NCBI GenBank assembly: GCA_965277285.1
Contig: OZ255721.1
Location: forward strand, 3,744,001-3,808,000
Length of the DNA: 64,000 bases
Source of the DNA: Abditibacteriaceae bacterium
GTDB taxonomy: Bacteria > Armatimonadota > Abditibacteriia > Abditibacteriales > Abditibacteriaceae
Direction of reading: 5' to 3'
Below are positions 33,989 through 45,291 of the stretch, in pieces. The notes beneath the pieces are model-generated. The model was given only the letters and a program-made list of their open reading frames with translations, was not told where the DNA came from and did no database searches. The position numbers and the translations under genes are program-made. The first letter of the stretch is position 1. Each line of letters begins with the position of its first letter.

Positions 33989-34989
33989 GCGCTGAAACTC
34001 CCGTTAACCTTGCTGTCAATTCCGTTGTTGCGGAAAATGAAGCCGATGCTGCGATTCCCGCGATTTGTGGCGTGGAAGAGGAATCGAGTACTCGAAAAGC
34101 GCCGCTTCCTTTGTGGAAAGATTACCTGCTGCTGACTAAGCCGCGCGTCATTTCGCTGTTGCTGTTCACGACGTGGACGGCGATGGTGATTGCTGAGGGT
34201 CGCTGGCCAGGCTGGACATTGTTTCTGGCGGCGGGACTTGGGTTTTATATGGCGGCGGGTGCGGCGCACGTCGTCAACATGATCTTGGATCGTGACATCG
34301 ACAAAGCGATGAAGCGCACATCGGAACGCGCGCTCGCTTCGGGACGCATTTCGGTGCGCGATGCGGCGATTTTTGCCACAGCGCTGGGCGCCGGTTCGTT
34401 TGGGTTGTTGTGGACGATGGCGACGCCGCTTTCGGCGTGGATGGCGTTGTCGGGCGCGGCGTTTTATGTTTTGGTTTATACGATGTTGCTCAAGCGCCGG
34501 ACTTGGAGTAATATCGTTATCGGCGGCGCCGCAGGATCGTTTCCACCTCTCGTGGGCTGGGCGGCTGTGACCAATCATTTGCCGCCTTTCGCGTGGTGTC
34601 TTTTCGCCATTATTTTCTTGTGGACGCCCGTACACTTCTGGGCGCTGGCGATTCTCATCAAAGATGACTACGCTGAAGTCGGCGTGCCAATGCTGCCGGT
34701 TGTCAAGGGCGAACGCGCGACCTCTGTTCAAATCTGCTGGTATACGGTTCTCACTGTCGCGGCCTCGTTCCTTCCTGTGGTGTTTAAGGGTGGCTTGGAG
34801 CACAGCGTCAGCGTTTTTTATATGATGTCTGCCGGACTGTTGAACGCGGTTCTGGCGTGGTATAGTTGGCGATTGTGGCGCGAACCGATTCGCGCGCGCG
34901 CCAGTTCCTTGTTTCATTATTCGATGTTGTATTTGGCGCTGTTGTTCCTGGCGCTGGCCGTTGATCGCGCTGTCTTCGTTCGTATGTAA
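33958..34989 (+). CDS. ctaB: Protoheme IX farnesyltransferase
   Basis: [36 protein letters not shown]. Confidence 0.95.
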   Translation: MAGTHSVGVVGAETPVNLAVNSVVAENEADAAIPAICGVEEESSTRKAPLPLWKDYLLLTKPRVISLLLFTTWTAMVIAEGRWPGWTLFLAAGLGFYMAAGAAHVVNMILDRDIDKAMKRTSERALASGRISVRDAAIFATALGAGSFGLLWTMATPLSAWMALSGAAFYVLVYTMLLKRRTWSNIVIGGAAGSFPPLVGWAAVTNHLPPFAWCLFAIIFLWTPVHFWALAILIKDDYAEVGVPMLPVVKGERATSVQICWYTVLTVAASFLPVVFKGGLEHSVSVFYMMSAGLLNAVLAWYSWRLWREPIRARASSLFHYSMLYLALLFLALAVDRAVFVRM

Positions 34990-35080
34990 AGTTCGTTTGT
35001 CAACGTCGAAAACGCTTTTCGAGTACTCGAAAGCACTTCTTCATATCTTAAAAATAAACTTTCAAAAAGCAGGTTTTTGA

Positions 35081-35737
35081 ATGGCTCAGGTGTTTCATCG
35101 CAGTTCTAATACAGTCATGCGCGCTGCCATGGTCGGCATCGTGCTGGCAATCACGGCCATTGCTGGCCTGTGGTACGGCTTCAACTTGAGCTACGGCAAT
35201 CGTCTTTACATTCCGATTGACCAGCCGGTTCAGTTCAGCCACAAGCACCACGTCGGCGACGACGGCATCGATTGCCGCTATTGCCACACCAGCGTCGAGA
35301 AATCGGCGTATGCGGGAATGCCGCCGACGCAGACTTGTATGTCGTGCCATTCGCAAATCTGGTCGGATTCGCCCGAATTGGCACCGGTGCGCGCTTCCTA
35401 TGTCTCGGGTCAGCCGATTCAGTGGAATCGCGTGCACGATATGCCGGACTTCGTGTATTTCAACCACAGCATTCACTTGAAGAAGGGTATTTCGTGCGTC
35501 TCGTGCCATGGTCGCGTCGATCAGGAACCGTTGATTAAGAAGGTCAACACGATGACGATGCAATGGTGTCTGGATTGTCACAAGCATCCCGAACGCTTTA
35601 TTCGTCCGCGCGAACAAGTCTTCAATATGGCGTGGAAGCCGACCGAAAGCCAGGCTGTGCTGGGGCCGCAGTTGGTGAAGGAATATAAGGTACTTCCGCG
35701 CTGGCAGATGACCAACTGCTCAATTTGCCACCGTTAA
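35081..35737 (+). CDS. actA: Alternative complex III pentaheme cytochrome c
   Basis: N-terminal TM and five CxxCH motifs; QPVQFSHKHH. Confidence 0.92.
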   Translation: MAQVFHRSSNTVMRAAMVGIVLAITAIAGLWYGFNLSYGNRLYIPIDQPVQFSHKHHVGDDGIDCRYCHTSVEKSAYAGMPPTQTCMSCHSQIWSDSPELAPVRASYVSGQPIQWNRVHDMPDFVYFNHSIHLKKGISCVSCHGRVDQEPLIKKVNTMTMQWCLDCHKHPERFIRPREQVFNMAWKPTESQAVLGPQLVKEYKVLPRWQMTNCSICHR

Positions 35738-35759
35738 ACCGACTTTTCTCCTACAAATT

Positions 35760-38700
35760 ATGAGCGCGACAAAATCGTTAAATGCGGCGTCACCATCGCC
35801 GGAATTGGACATGAACGTGGAAAAAAAGTCATCGACGCCTTCGACAATCAGCGCGGCGGAACTGCTCGGCCTCAACGTCTTGAACGCCGACACTGAAATC
35901 GCGCGCCACAATCAATCGGTCGCGGCGCATTCATCCGTCCCTTCGAGTACTCGAAAGGCCGAAGTCGCGCCGCAGATGCCGACGAATTTCATTCCTTTGA
36001 CGGCGATTGAAAACAAAACCGACCGACTGGATTTGGAAACGGTGCGCGCGAAATTGGCCGCCGCGCAAGGCCCCAAATACTGGCGCAGCCTGGAAGAGTT
36101 GTCGGGCGATCCGAAGTTTCAAGATTTGGTGGATCGTGAGTTCGGGCGCCAGGCTCCGGCCTCATGGTCGCCGCTCTCGCGCCGCGATTTTCTCAAAGTG
36201 ATGGGCGCGGGTCTGGCGCTGGCCGGGCTGTCGGGTTGCGCGTTTCAGCCGCAAGAAAAAATCATTCCTTATGTGAAGCAGCCAGAAGAAATCGTGCCCG
36301 GCAAGCCACTGTTTTATGCGTCGGCGATGCCGGTCGGCGGTGGTTTTGTAAACGGCGTGCTGGCCGAAAGCAACATGGGTCGCCCAACCAAGATTGAGGG
36401 CAACGATGAGCATCCCGCAAGTCTGGGCGCGACCGACATTTGGATGCAGGCCGCGCTGCTTTCGATGTATGATCCGGAGCGCGTGCAAACCGTTTCGTTT
36501 CGCGGCAACGCGGCGACGTGGGAAGGCTTTGTGTCCGCGATGCAGGTCGAGCGCGGGCGCTTGGGCAACAATGGCGGCGCAGGATTGCGCGTTCTGACGA
36601 CTGGAACGACCTCGCCGACTTTGGCCGCGCAAATGGCCGGCGTGAAGAAATTATTTCCGCAATCGCAGTGGATTTCTTACGATGCGGTGAACAATGACAA
36701 CGCAATGCAGGGCGCGCAACTCGCGTTTGGCCGTCCGGTGCAGACGGTTTACAAGTTTGATAAAGCATTGCGCATTTTGTCGCTGGACAGCGATTTTCTG
36801 CTGGAAGACGCCGGTCGCGTGCGTTATAGCCGCGATTTCATCAAAGGGCGCCGCGTGCGCGACGACGTGGGCGGCAAAAAACTGGCGGAAATGAATCGCC
36901 TTTATGTCGCGGAAAGCACGCCGACGATCACCGGCGCGATGGCCGATCATCGCCTGCCGCTCAAACCCAGCCAAATCGAAACCCTGGCGCGCTTGATTCA
37001 AAGCCAGATGCAGACGGGCGCAACGGCGGTTTCCGCAGCTGGTTTGCCGACCAACACGCAAGCCTTTGTCTCAGCCGTTATTAAGGATTTGCAGGATCAT
37101 CGCGGGGCGAGTTTAGTTGTCGCGGGCGCGACACAGCCGCCCGTTGTTCACGCCATTGCGCACGCTTTGAATGACGCGTTGGGCAACGTCGGGCAAACGC
37201 TGTTTTATACCGATCCAGTACTCGAAAACGTCTCAAACCAAACGCAAAGTTTGGGAATGTTGACAAAAGACATGAAGGCCGGACGCGTTCAAACGCTGTT
37301 TATTTTGGGCGGCAATCCGGTTTATGACACGCCCGCCGATTTCAATTTTGGCGACGCTATGAAGCGCGTTCGCACCGTTATTCGCTTGGGAATGCAGAAC
37401 GACGAAACCTCGTTCCAAAGCCATTGGATTATTCCCGAAGCGCATCCTTTGGAAGCGTGGAGCGATGGACGTTCTTTTGAAGGCACGACCAGCATCGTGC
37501 AGCCTTTGATCGCGCCGTTGTATGAAAATGCGCGCTCGATTCACGAACTAATCGCAACCTTCGTGGACGCACCAATTACCGACGGTTACAGCATTGTTCA
37601 GAATTATTGGCGCAAGCAGTTGGGCGGCGAAAGTTCTGTTGCCAGCAGCGCAACAAGCAGTGCGACAACGAATGGCACGACAAACAATGGTGCAGCGAGC
37701 GGCACTTCTGCAAACGGTGGCGCTTCAAGTAACGGCATGGTGAGTAGCACGAGCAACGTCATGGTTGCGGCGGTTGATCCGTTCGATAAGTTGTGGCAGC
37801 GCATTTTGCACGACGGCATGGTGCCGAACACTGCCGCAAAGCCCGTGACTGTCGCATTGAATGGCAGCTTTCTGAGTGCGGCTCCCACGGCAAAATCGAG
37901 TACTGGATATGAAATTAACTTCCGTCCTGACCCGACTTTGTGGGATGGAAAGTGGGCGAATAGCGGCTGGTTGCAAGAGTTGCCCAAGCCTTTGACGCGC
38001 ATGACGTGGGACAACGCGGCGCTGATGAGTTTGAACACGGCGCGCGACCTCAATGTAACGAACGAAGACATCGTGCAACTGACGCTCAAAGGGCGCTCGG
38101 TCAGCGCGCCGGTTTTCGTGATGCCTGGTCATCCTGATGGAACAATCACGGTTTACCTGGGCGGTGGACGAACGCAGGGTGGCAAGTTGTTGGAAGGCAT
38201 CGGCTTCAACGCGTATGCGATTCGCACTGCGGATGCGAGCAATTTCGCCAGCGGCCTGACCGTAGTCAAACTTTCGGGACGGCATCGCTTGGCGACGGTG
38301 GAAGATCACAACATTATTTCTTCGGTTCAAGATCGTTCAACCAGTGATTCTCTTAATGAAGCTCCAGAAGGCCAGATCGACAGTATGCACAAGCGCGATT
38401 TGGTGCGCATCGGCGACTTCGCAGCGTACCAGAAGAACCCGAATTTCTTGCGCGGCGAGTTCGACAAATATGTCGAATACAGCACGACGGCTGATGGCAG
38501 CACCGGCGGGCCAATTACAGGCACCGAAAACGGCGCATCGAGTACTGGAACTGCGGAAGGGAAGGGCGACAACCGCGCTGGTGCGGAATCCGAAGCGGAA
38601 AAAGGCTTGCCCTCCTTATATAACAATGGTTGGCCAAGCGACCCGAAAGGCTTGGGCAAAGACGGGCAACCGATTTACACGACGCGTTCGAACGTGGACG

Positions 38701-39614
38701 ACCCAGACGAAGCGGATGCGCGCACCAAATACAACGATCCTCATGTGCAGTTCGGCTACAACGATTTGCCGATGCCGCAATGGGGCATGACGATTGACTT
38801 GAATGCCTGCATTGGTTGCAACGCGTGTACGATTGGCTGTCAGGCGGAGAACAACATTGCAACCGTCGGCAAAGATCAGGTAATGAACCGCCGCGAAATG
38901 CACTGGATTCGCATCGACACCTATTATAAAGGCGAAGTGAACAATCCCGAAGCGTATTTTCAGCCTGTGCCGTGTATGCACTGCGAGAAAGCGCCGTGCG
39001 AAGGCGTTTGTCCGGTGGAAGCGACCAGTCACAGCGCCGAAGGCATCAACGAAATGACATATAACCGTTGCGTCGGCACGAAATACTGCTCGAACAACTG
39101 TCCTTACAAAGTGCGACGCTTCAACTTCTTGCAATATAGCGATTTTGATACGCCGCAAATCAAGTTGATGCAGAACCCGGATGTCACAGTGCGCGCGCGC
39201 GGCGTGATGGAAAAATGCAATTATTGCGTGCAGCGCGTGAACGAAGCGCGCATTCAGGCCGAGCGCGAAGATCGACCGATGCGCGATGGCGAAGTTGTGA
39301 CGGCGTGTCAGCAGGCGTGCCCGACGGACGCAATTTTGTTCGGCAACATCGCGGATGAGAACAGCGCGGTGCGAAAAAGCAAAAGTCATCCTTTGAACTA
39401 CGGCATTCTGGAAGAGTTGGGCACGCAGCCGCGCACCACGTATCTGGCGCGCCTGCGCAATCCCAATCCAGTACTCGAAGCGCAAGAAGGCAAGCGCGGC
39501 GACGCGACCGGAGCCAATATCGGTTCGGCGAACGATGAAAGTCTGGCGGGGCCGGTTTCGCCGACGACACGCGAAAATAAGAACGGTAATGACGCGGCGG
39601 GAGGAAACCCCTGA
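35760..39614 (+). CDS. actB: Alternative complex III molybdopterin-fold/Fe-S subunit
   Basis: YWRSLEEL, SRRDFLK Tat motif, GRPTKIEGN, C-terminal Cys clusters (CIGCNAC, CMHC..PC..VCP, CVGTKYC, EKC.YC). Confidence 0.93.
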   Translation: MSATKSLNAASPSPELDMNVEKKSSTPSTISAAELLGLNVLNADTEIARHNQSVAAHSSVPSSTRKAEVAPQMPTNFIPLTAIENKTDRLDLETVRAKLAAAQGPKYWRSLEELSGDPKFQDLVDREFGRQAPASWSPLSRRDFLKVMGAGLALAGLSGCAFQPQEKIIPYVKQPEEIVPGKPLFYASAMPVGGGFVNGVLAESNMGRPTKIEGNDEHPASLGATDIWMQAALLSMYDPERVQTVSFRGNAATWEGFVSAMQVERGRLGNNGGAGLRVLTTGTTSPTLAAQMAGVKKLFPQSQWISYDAVNNDNAMQGAQLAFGRPVQTVYKFDKALRILSLDSDFLLEDAGRVRYSRDFIKGRRVRDDVGGKKLAEMNRLYVAESTPTITGAMADHRLPLKPSQIETLARLIQSQMQTGATAVSAAGLPTNTQAFVSAVIKDLQDHRGASLVVAGATQPPVVHAIAHALNDALGNVGQTLFYTDPVLENVSNQTQSLGMLTKDMKAGRVQTLFILGGNPVYDTPADFNFGDAMKRVRTVIRLGMQNDETSFQSHWIIPEAHPLEAWSDGRSFEGTTSIVQPLIAPLYENARSIHELIATFVDAPITDGYSIVQNYWRKQLGGESSVASSATSSATTNGTTNNGAASGTSANGGASSNGMVSSTSNVMVAAVDPFDKLWQRILHDGMVPNTAAKPVTVALNGSFLSAAPTAKSSTGYEINFRPDPTLWDGKWANSGWLQELPKPLTRMTWDNAALMSLNTARDLNVTNEDIVQLTLKGRSVSAPVFVMPGHPDGTITVYLGGGRTQGGKLLEGIGFNAYAIRTADASNFASGLTVVKLSGRHRLATVEDHNIISSVQDRSTSDSLNEAPEGQIDSMHKRDLVRIGDFAAYQKNPNFLRGEFDKYVEYSTTADGSTGGPITGTENGASSTGTAEGKGDNRAGAESEAEKGLPSLYNNGWPSDPKGLGKDGQPIYTTRSNVDDPDEADARTKYNDPHVQFGYNDLPMPQWGMTIDLNACIGCNACTIGCQAENNIATVGKDQVMNRREMHWIRIDTYYKGEVNNPEAYFQPVPCMHCEKAPCEGVCPVEATSHSAEGINEMTYNRCVGTKYCSNNCPYKVRRFNFLQYSDFDTPQIKLMQNPDVTVRARGVMEKCNYCVQRVNEARIQAEREDRPMRDGEVVTACQQACPTDAILFGNIADENSAVRKSKSHPLNYGILEELGTQPRTTYLARLRNPNPVLEAQEGKRGDATGANIGSANDESLAGPVSPTTRENKNGNDAAGGNP

Positions 39615-41314
39615 TGGATCAGAATCAAGTACAAGGCGGTAGCCTCAATCCCGTCACAGCGACGGGCGATGTCATAGATGTCACCAGTCGCCAGGCGCGC
39701 GGTGGCGCTCCCGCACCCGATGCACCGAGTGACAGCGACGGTTCTCGCGTGCGCGGGCCAAGCATTCCGCACCGTGCGGAAACCGGTTACGACACAGGAC
39801 AAGTCGAAACTTATGATGTTTTGGGTCAAGGCTTGACTTATGAGTCGCTGACCGGCAAAGTTTCGGATGTCGTCTTGAAGCGCCGCGTCTCGTGGGGCTA
39901 TGCGATTGGCTTGTCGGTCGCATTGGCGTTGCTGGCGACATTGGGAATGTCAATCCTTTATCTGTTGCTGATGGGCGTCGGCATCTGGGGCGTCAACACA
40001 CCGATTGGCTGGGGCTTCGACATCATCAACTTCGTGTGGTGGATCGGTATCGGCCACGCGGGAACCTTGATTTCGGCGATTTTGCTGCTCTTGCACCAGA
40101 ACTGGCGCACCAGCATCAACCGATTCGCCGAAGCGATGACGCTCTTCGCGGTTGCTTGCGCGGGTTTGTATCCGTTGCTTCATCTGGGCCGCCATCAATA
40201 CTTTTACTGGATGATGCCGTTTCCTAATACAATGGCATTGTGGCCAAACTTCCGTAGTCCTCTGGTGTGGGACGTGTTCGCGGTTTCGACTTATGCGACC
40301 GTTTCGTTGACGTTCTGGTATGTCGGCTTGGTGCCTGACTTGGCGATTTTGCGTGACCGCGCGACCAATCCGTTTGCACGCAAGGCGTATGGAATTGCGG
40401 CGCTGGGATGGCGCAACTCGGCGAAACATTGGGATCGTTACGGCAAGATTTATTTGTTGTTGGCTGGCGTGAGTACGCCGCTGGTGTTGTCGGTTCACTC
40501 GACGATCGCTTTCGACTTTTCGTATGGCGTGGTTCCGGGCTGGCACTCGACGATTTTCCCGCCCTATTTCGTGGCGGGTGCGGTTTTCGCCGGTTTTGCG
40601 ATGGTGCTAATTCTGGCGATTCCGATGCGCTCGTTGTACGGGTTGAAAGACCTGATTACGATGAAGCATTTGGAAAACTGCGCCAAAGTCATGCTGGCGA
40701 CGGGCTTGATCGTGTTCTACGGCTATATCATGGAAGTGTTTTTCGGATGGTACAGCGCCAATAAATATGAAAGCTACATGACGTTTAACAACCGAATGTT
40801 CGGGCCGTATGCGCCCTCTTATTGGGCGCTCATCTTCTGCAACGGTATCGCGCCGCAGATTTTGTGGTGGAAGAAGATGCGCACCAGCATTCCCGTTTTG
40901 TTCGGCATCTCGCTGATCGTCAGCGTTGGAATGTTCCTGGAACGTTTCGTCATCATCGTGACGAGCTTGCACCGCGAATTTATTCCGGCGCGCTGGGGCA
41001 TGTATTACCCGACGTTTTGGGACTGGTCAACCTACGCGGGGACTTTCGGTTTGTTCTTCACCTTGTTCTTGTTGTTCTGCCGCTTCCTGCCTGTCATTGC
41101 GATTGCCGAAATGCGCGAATTGCTGCATCACCAATCGCATCATGCCAGTCATGGTCACGACGATGGCGGACATGGACATGGCGATCATCCCGAAGTTTCT
41201 GTTTTGGACAGTTCGTCGCCGACGTATGAAGCGCAGCGTGCGCCACAAGGTGCTTTGACGGGTGGCGTGGCCGCCAGCGTTGCGATGAGCCAGGAAAAGC
41301 CGAACATCCTGTAA
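39614..41314 (+). CDS. actC: Alternative complex III NrfD-family quinol-binding subunit
   Basis: WWIGIGHAGTLISA, NFRSPLVWD, WHSTIFPPYFVAGA, ERFVII. Confidence 0.94.
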   Translation: MDQNQVQGGSLNPVTATGDVIDVTSRQARGGAPAPDAPSDSDGSRVRGPSIPHRAETGYDTGQVETYDVLGQGLTYESLTGKVSDVVLKRRVSWGYAIGLSVALALLATLGMSILYLLLMGVGIWGVNTPIGWGFDIINFVWWIGIGHAGTLISAILLLLHQNWRTSINRFAEAMTLFAVACAGLYPLLHLGRHQYFYWMMPFPNTMALWPNFRSPLVWDVFAVSTYATVSLTFWYVGLVPDLAILRDRATNPFARKAYGIAALGWRNSAKHWDRYGKIYLLLAGVSTPLVLSVHSTIAFDFSYGVVPGWHSTIFPPYFVAGAVFAGFAMVLILAIPMRSLYGLKDLITMKHLENCAKVMLATGLIVFYGYIMEVFFGWYSANKYESYMTFNNRMFGPYAPSYWALIFCNGIAPQILWWKKMRTSIPVLFGISLIVSVGMFLERFVIIVTSLHREFIPARWGMYYPTFWDWSTYAGTFGLFFTLFLLFCRFLPVIAIAEMRELLHHQSHHASHGHDDGGHGHGDHPEVSVLDSSSPTYEAQRAPQGALTGGVAASVAMSQEKPNIL

Positions 41315-41375
41315 CTTCATCGAAAAGCCGCAGTATCGAGTACTCGATGTTATGTTGAAGATATGAAAGAGGGTT

Positions 41376-42020
41376 ATGGCAGAAACAGTGATTCAACAAG
41401 GTCGGCCAATCGAACACGTCGGAGCACCAGTCGTGCATAACGCGATCTTGCATGGCGCGGCTGGCGCGGCAGAGCCAGAAGTCGTTTCCGTTTCGTCGCT
41501 CTACGGCTTGATTTCGGAATATGAAACGCCGGAAGAACTGATCGCGGCGTGCGAAGCGGCGCGCGATGCCGGTTACAAAAAGATGGATTCGTACACGCCA
41601 TTTCCGGTCGAGGCGTTGGCGGAAGCGATGGGTTTTCACGATATGCGCGTGCCGTGGATTACACTGGCGGCAGCTGTTGGCGGTTGCGTGGGCGGCTTTT
41701 TGTTTGTGATGTGGGCGGTCACGCAGGCTTATGTGTTCAACATCGGCGGTCGTCCTCTTTATAGCTGGCCGCAGTGGATCGTTCCGACCTTTGAAATGAC
41801 GATTTTGTCCGCCGCTTTGAATGGCGTTGGCGCCATGTTCTGGCTCAATGGCTTGCCGGAACTTTATCATCCGGTTTTCAATGCGCCAGGTTTCGAGCGC
41901 GCTTCGACCGACCGTTTCTTTTTGTGCATCGAGGCCAAAGACCCATTGTTCGACCGCGTTCGTACGCGCGAATTATTGCAAAACACGCATCCACTGACGG
42001 TTTCCGAGGTGGAGAATTAA
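41376..42020 (+). CDS. actD: Alternative complex III subunit D (DUF3341)
   Basis: YTPFPVE, IGGRP..SWP, FEMTIL, LPELYHPVF. Confidence 0.9.
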   Translation: MAETVIQQGRPIEHVGAPVVHNAILHGAAGAAEPEVVSVSSLYGLISEYETPEELIAACEAARDAGYKKMDSYTPFPVEALAEAMGFHDMRVPWITLAAAVGGCVGGFLFVMWAVTQAYVFNIGGRPLYSWPQWIVPTFEMTILSAALNGVGAMFWLNGLPELYHPVFNAPGFERASTDRFFLCIEAKDPLFDRVRTRELLQNTHPLTVSEVEN

Positions 42021-42021
42021 C

Positions 42022-42984
42022 ATGACGATCACGAAAATTCTTGGCACAGGCGCGATGACTTTGGCGGCTCTTTCGTTGGGCGGTTGTACGCGCGACTGGA
42101 AATCGGCGCCCGTTTCGATGTGGAACGAGTCGCGCTACAAGCCTTACGAAGCGACGTCTTTTTTCGCTGACCAGAATACCTCGCGCCCGACGGTTCAGGG
42201 CACGGTCGCGCGCGGCCAATTGCGCACCGACGAAGAGTTTTTTAACGGCACTAAGAACGGCGTGTTGGTCACGACAATGCCGTTTCCCGTCACGAAAGCC
42301 GTTTTGCAACGCGGTCAGGAACGCTTCAATATCTATTGCACGCCGTGTCATGGTGATCAGGGTGCGGGCAACGGCATGATTGTGCAGCGTGGTTTTTCCA
42401 AGCCGCCGGACTATACGGAAACACGCTTGATTAACGCGCCCATCGGTCATTTTTACGATGTGATGACGAACGGTTACGGCTCGATGTATTCTTACGCCAG
42501 CCGCGTTTCGCCACGCGACCGTTGGGCAATTGCCGCGTATATTCGCGTATTGCAACGCAGCCGCACCGCGACGATTAACGATGTCGCAGCCGATCAACGC
42601 GGGACTCTGCCCGATAATCTGGCGCCAGGTACGACGACCGGCGGCACGCCAGCATCAGGGCCGAACGGCATGAGCCATCGCCCTGACGACGAGATGGCGA
42701 GCAGCTCGACAGCAAACAATGCAACCGTTTCGGCGACTTCGGGAACAGCAACGGTCGCGGGACAAACGAGTTCTTCACAGGTCGCGGCGCCGCAAACCAC
42801 GACGAAGCCGACGCTTCCGCGCAATGCGACTTCGCCGTCCATGCCCGTTGTGCCAGGAACGGGAACGAAAAGCGGTGGACAGAACAACGCGCAATTTGGG
42901 CCAAACAATCGCCGAGAAAACGGTGGCACGACAACGACGCCAAGTGGCGCGCCCGCGACAGCAGGATATGGAGCGCACGATTAA
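42022..42984 (+). CDS. actE: Alternative complex III monoheme cytochrome c lipoprotein
   Basis: LGGC lipobox, CTPCH, DRWAIAAYIRVLQ; long low-complexity tail. Confidence 0.9.
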   Translation: MTITKILGTGAMTLAALSLGGCTRDWKSAPVSMWNESRYKPYEATSFFADQNTSRPTVQGTVARGQLRTDEEFFNGTKNGVLVTTMPFPVTKAVLQRGQERFNIYCTPCHGDQGAGNGMIVQRGFSKPPDYTETRLINAPIGHFYDVMTNGYGSMYSYASRVSPRDRWAIAAYIRVLQRSRTATINDVAADQRGTLPDNLAPGTTTGGTPASGPNGMSHRPDDEMASSSTANNATVSATSGTATVAGQTSSSQVAAPQTTTKPTLPRNATSPSMPVVPGTGTKSGGQNNAQFGPNNRRENGGTTTTPSGAPATAGYGAHD

Positions 42985-43051
42985 AACGTGCTGTTTTCAG
43001 TTGCGGTGCTGAATCGAGTACTCGATAACGGAAACGACAACCTTAAACCGA

Positions 43052-44395
43052 ATGAAATACGACATTTTACAAAATCAACTGGGACGGATGCGCAGCAGCG
43101 GCCTGACTATCGGTGCAATTGGCCTGGTGGTCTGGCTGATCGGTGGCGCTCTTGCGCTGCTGATGGGCGGTGGACTGGTTTCTCCCGCGACGTTTTTCTC
43201 GGCTTATCTGATTGCTTATTTGTTCTGGTTCGGCGTCACGGCAGGTTCGCTGGGCTTGCTGATGTTGCACCACATCGTCGGTGGCGGCTGGGGCTTTGTC
43301 ATTCGGCGCCAGTTGGAAGCGGCGACACGCTTGTTTCCGTTCGTGGGCATCGCGTTTTTGCCGATTGCGATTTCGCTGTTCGTGCCAGCCAGCGCGAATT
43401 CTCCAGCCAGTCCACTCTATTGGTGGTACCGGGCAGAAAGCCAGCGTGATCCGATTCTGATGGAGCAAAGTCCGTATTTGAACTTGCCGTTTTTCATCGC
43501 GCGTATCTTCATTTATTTCGCAATTTTTATGTGGCTGGCGGGAACGCTCAATCGCGGTTCGCGCAAGCAAGATCAGGAAGATGACCCGAAGGTTTACGAT
43601 TATCTGACCAATTTCAGTGCACGTGGCTTGCTTATTTTTACGCTCACGATGACGTTTGCAATCGTTGACTGGGTGATGTCGCTGACGCCGCACTGGTATT
43701 CTTCGATTATCGGCTTGTTGTTTGTGGTCGCGCAAGGACTTTCGACGTTCGCCTTGATGCTCGTTCTGGTTTCGGTTGTAGGCGCCAACAGCGAGGAATT
43801 GAAGGCGGCGCCGTCCGGTTATTTCCGCGACCTGGGTAACTTGACGTTGGCGTTCGTGTTGTTGTGGGCGTATGCGTCGTTCTCGCAGTTCCTCATCACT
43901 TATTCGGGCAACACAGCCGAAGAAGCGACATGGTATCTGCAGCGCACAACGCACGGCTGGAATTACATCGGCACGATCCTAATTTTTCTGCACTTTTTCC
44001 TGCCGCTGCTGGTGCTGATTATCGCCAGCGGCATCAAACGCAACCCGCATCGCTTGGCCAAAGTCGGCGTTTATATCATTGTGCTGCGCTTCATTGACTT
44101 GTTCTGGTGGATCGCGCCGTCGTTCCACCAATCGCCGATGGACACCTTGACTTCGATCTGGGTTTATATCGCGGCGCCAGTTGGTTTGGGTGGAATTTGG
44201 CTATCGTTGTGGGCGAAACAGTTGTCGAATCACTTGACGACGCGACCGTTGATGCCGAGGTTTGACCCGCGCGCCGATCACAATTGGATTATCGACAAAG
44301 ACCCGCATCCGACACACGCTTCGGTCGTATCGACGACAACGGTAGTCCCGACATCGAGTACTGGAATTGGCGGAGGTGAAATCCAACATGGCTGA
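43052..44395 (+). CDS. actF: Alternative complex III membrane subunit F
   Basis: GGGWG, DWVMSL.PHWYSSI, DLGNL, Y..FSQFLI. Confidence 0.9.
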   Translation: MKYDILQNQLGRMRSSGLTIGAIGLVVWLIGGALALLMGGGLVSPATFFSAYLIAYLFWFGVTAGSLGLLMLHHIVGGGWGFVIRRQLEAATRLFPFVGIAFLPIAISLFVPASANSPASPLYWWYRAESQRDPILMEQSPYLNLPFFIARIFIYFAIFMWLAGTLNRGSRKQDQEDDPKVYDYLTNFSARGLLIFTLTMTFAIVDWVMSLTPHWYSSIIGLLFVVAQGLSTFALMLVLVSVVGANSEELKAAPSGYFRDLGNLTLAFVLLWAYASFSQFLITYSGNTAEEATWYLQRTTHGWNYIGTILIFLHFFLPLLVLIIASGIKRNPHRLAKVGVYIIVLRFIDLFWWIAPSFHQSPMDTLTSIWVYIAAPVGLGGIWLSLWAKQLSNHLTTRPLMPRFDPRADHNWIIDKDPHPTHASVVSTTTVVPTSSTGIGGGEIQHG

Positions 44396-45230
44396 TATGA
44401 TTCCCCAGGGCGTGCAAACCGAAGTCAATCACGGCGGCTATGAACGTGGCGACGCCAACATTCGTTCGATTTTTATTTCGATTGGCGTTATCTTTTCACT
44501 GATTTTTGCGACCATGCTGGTGGTCGCGGGAATGACTTATGCGTTGAACAAGCGCGAAGACAGCCATGATCTGCCGATGTCGGCGGTTTATGAAAAGCCG
44601 ATTCCGCCTGAACCACGATTGTTGCCGTCGCGCGCGGCAGGCGATGGCGATCCTTACGACAAATATCCGTGGGAGTTGGGTGCGGAAGAAAAAGACGCGC
44701 AAATGAAAGCGGCCACGACGCCGTACTATATGGATCGCGCGAGTGGACGCGTCTCGATTCCGACGAACCAGGCGATTGACTTGGTGGCAGCGCAAGGTTT
44801 GCCGTCGCGTCAGCCGCAAGGCAAAGACGAGCCGAATATGGGCGAAGACATCGCGGGACAAAATGGCAAAAGTCCTCAAGCGGCTGCGGACGCGGATTTA
44901 GACGGCTCAATGGTTCCCGATACGACAGGCGGACGCGCGATGAGCGACTTGCATATCCAAGCGCCAAGTTTGGGCGATGAGCCGCAAAACGAGGACACGA
45001 CGGCCACTGAACCTTCGTCGAACAATGCAAGTGGAACAAGCGCGCCAACAACTTCGAGGACGCCGCCTGATCAGGCCAATGCTGCAGGCGCTACCAACTC
45101 TTCGATGACGCCAAGTACATCGGCGTCAAGTGCGTCTCCAACGAGTGCGTCAGCAGCGAACGCGTCTCGGGCGACGAGTGCGTCGCCTCGTGTTCCCGCG
45201 CCGAATGTGGCACCAATGGGCACACAATAA
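44388..45230 (+). CDS. Single-TM protein, probable ActG-like subunit
   Basis: YERGD..I + TM + PPEPRL + RVSIP...A; position between actF and SCO. Confidence 0.6.
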   Translation: MADMIPQGVQTEVNHGGYERGDANIRSIFISIGVIFSLIFATMLVVAGMTYALNKREDSHDLPMSAVYEKPIPPEPRLLPSRAAGDGDPYDKYPWELGAEEKDAQMKAATTPYYMDRASGRVSIPTNQAIDLVAAQGLPSRQPQGKDEPNMGEDIAGQNGKSPQAAADADLDGSMVPDTTGGRAMSDLHIQAPSLGDEPQNEDTTATEPSSNNASGTSAPTTSRTPPDQANAAGATNSSMTPSTSASSASPTSASAANASRATSASPRVPAPNVAPMGTQ

Positions 45231-45291
45231 TTGCCGATAGTTATCAACGATATTTGAGATGTCTGCGTAGGATGTCTAAGAAGGTGCTGAA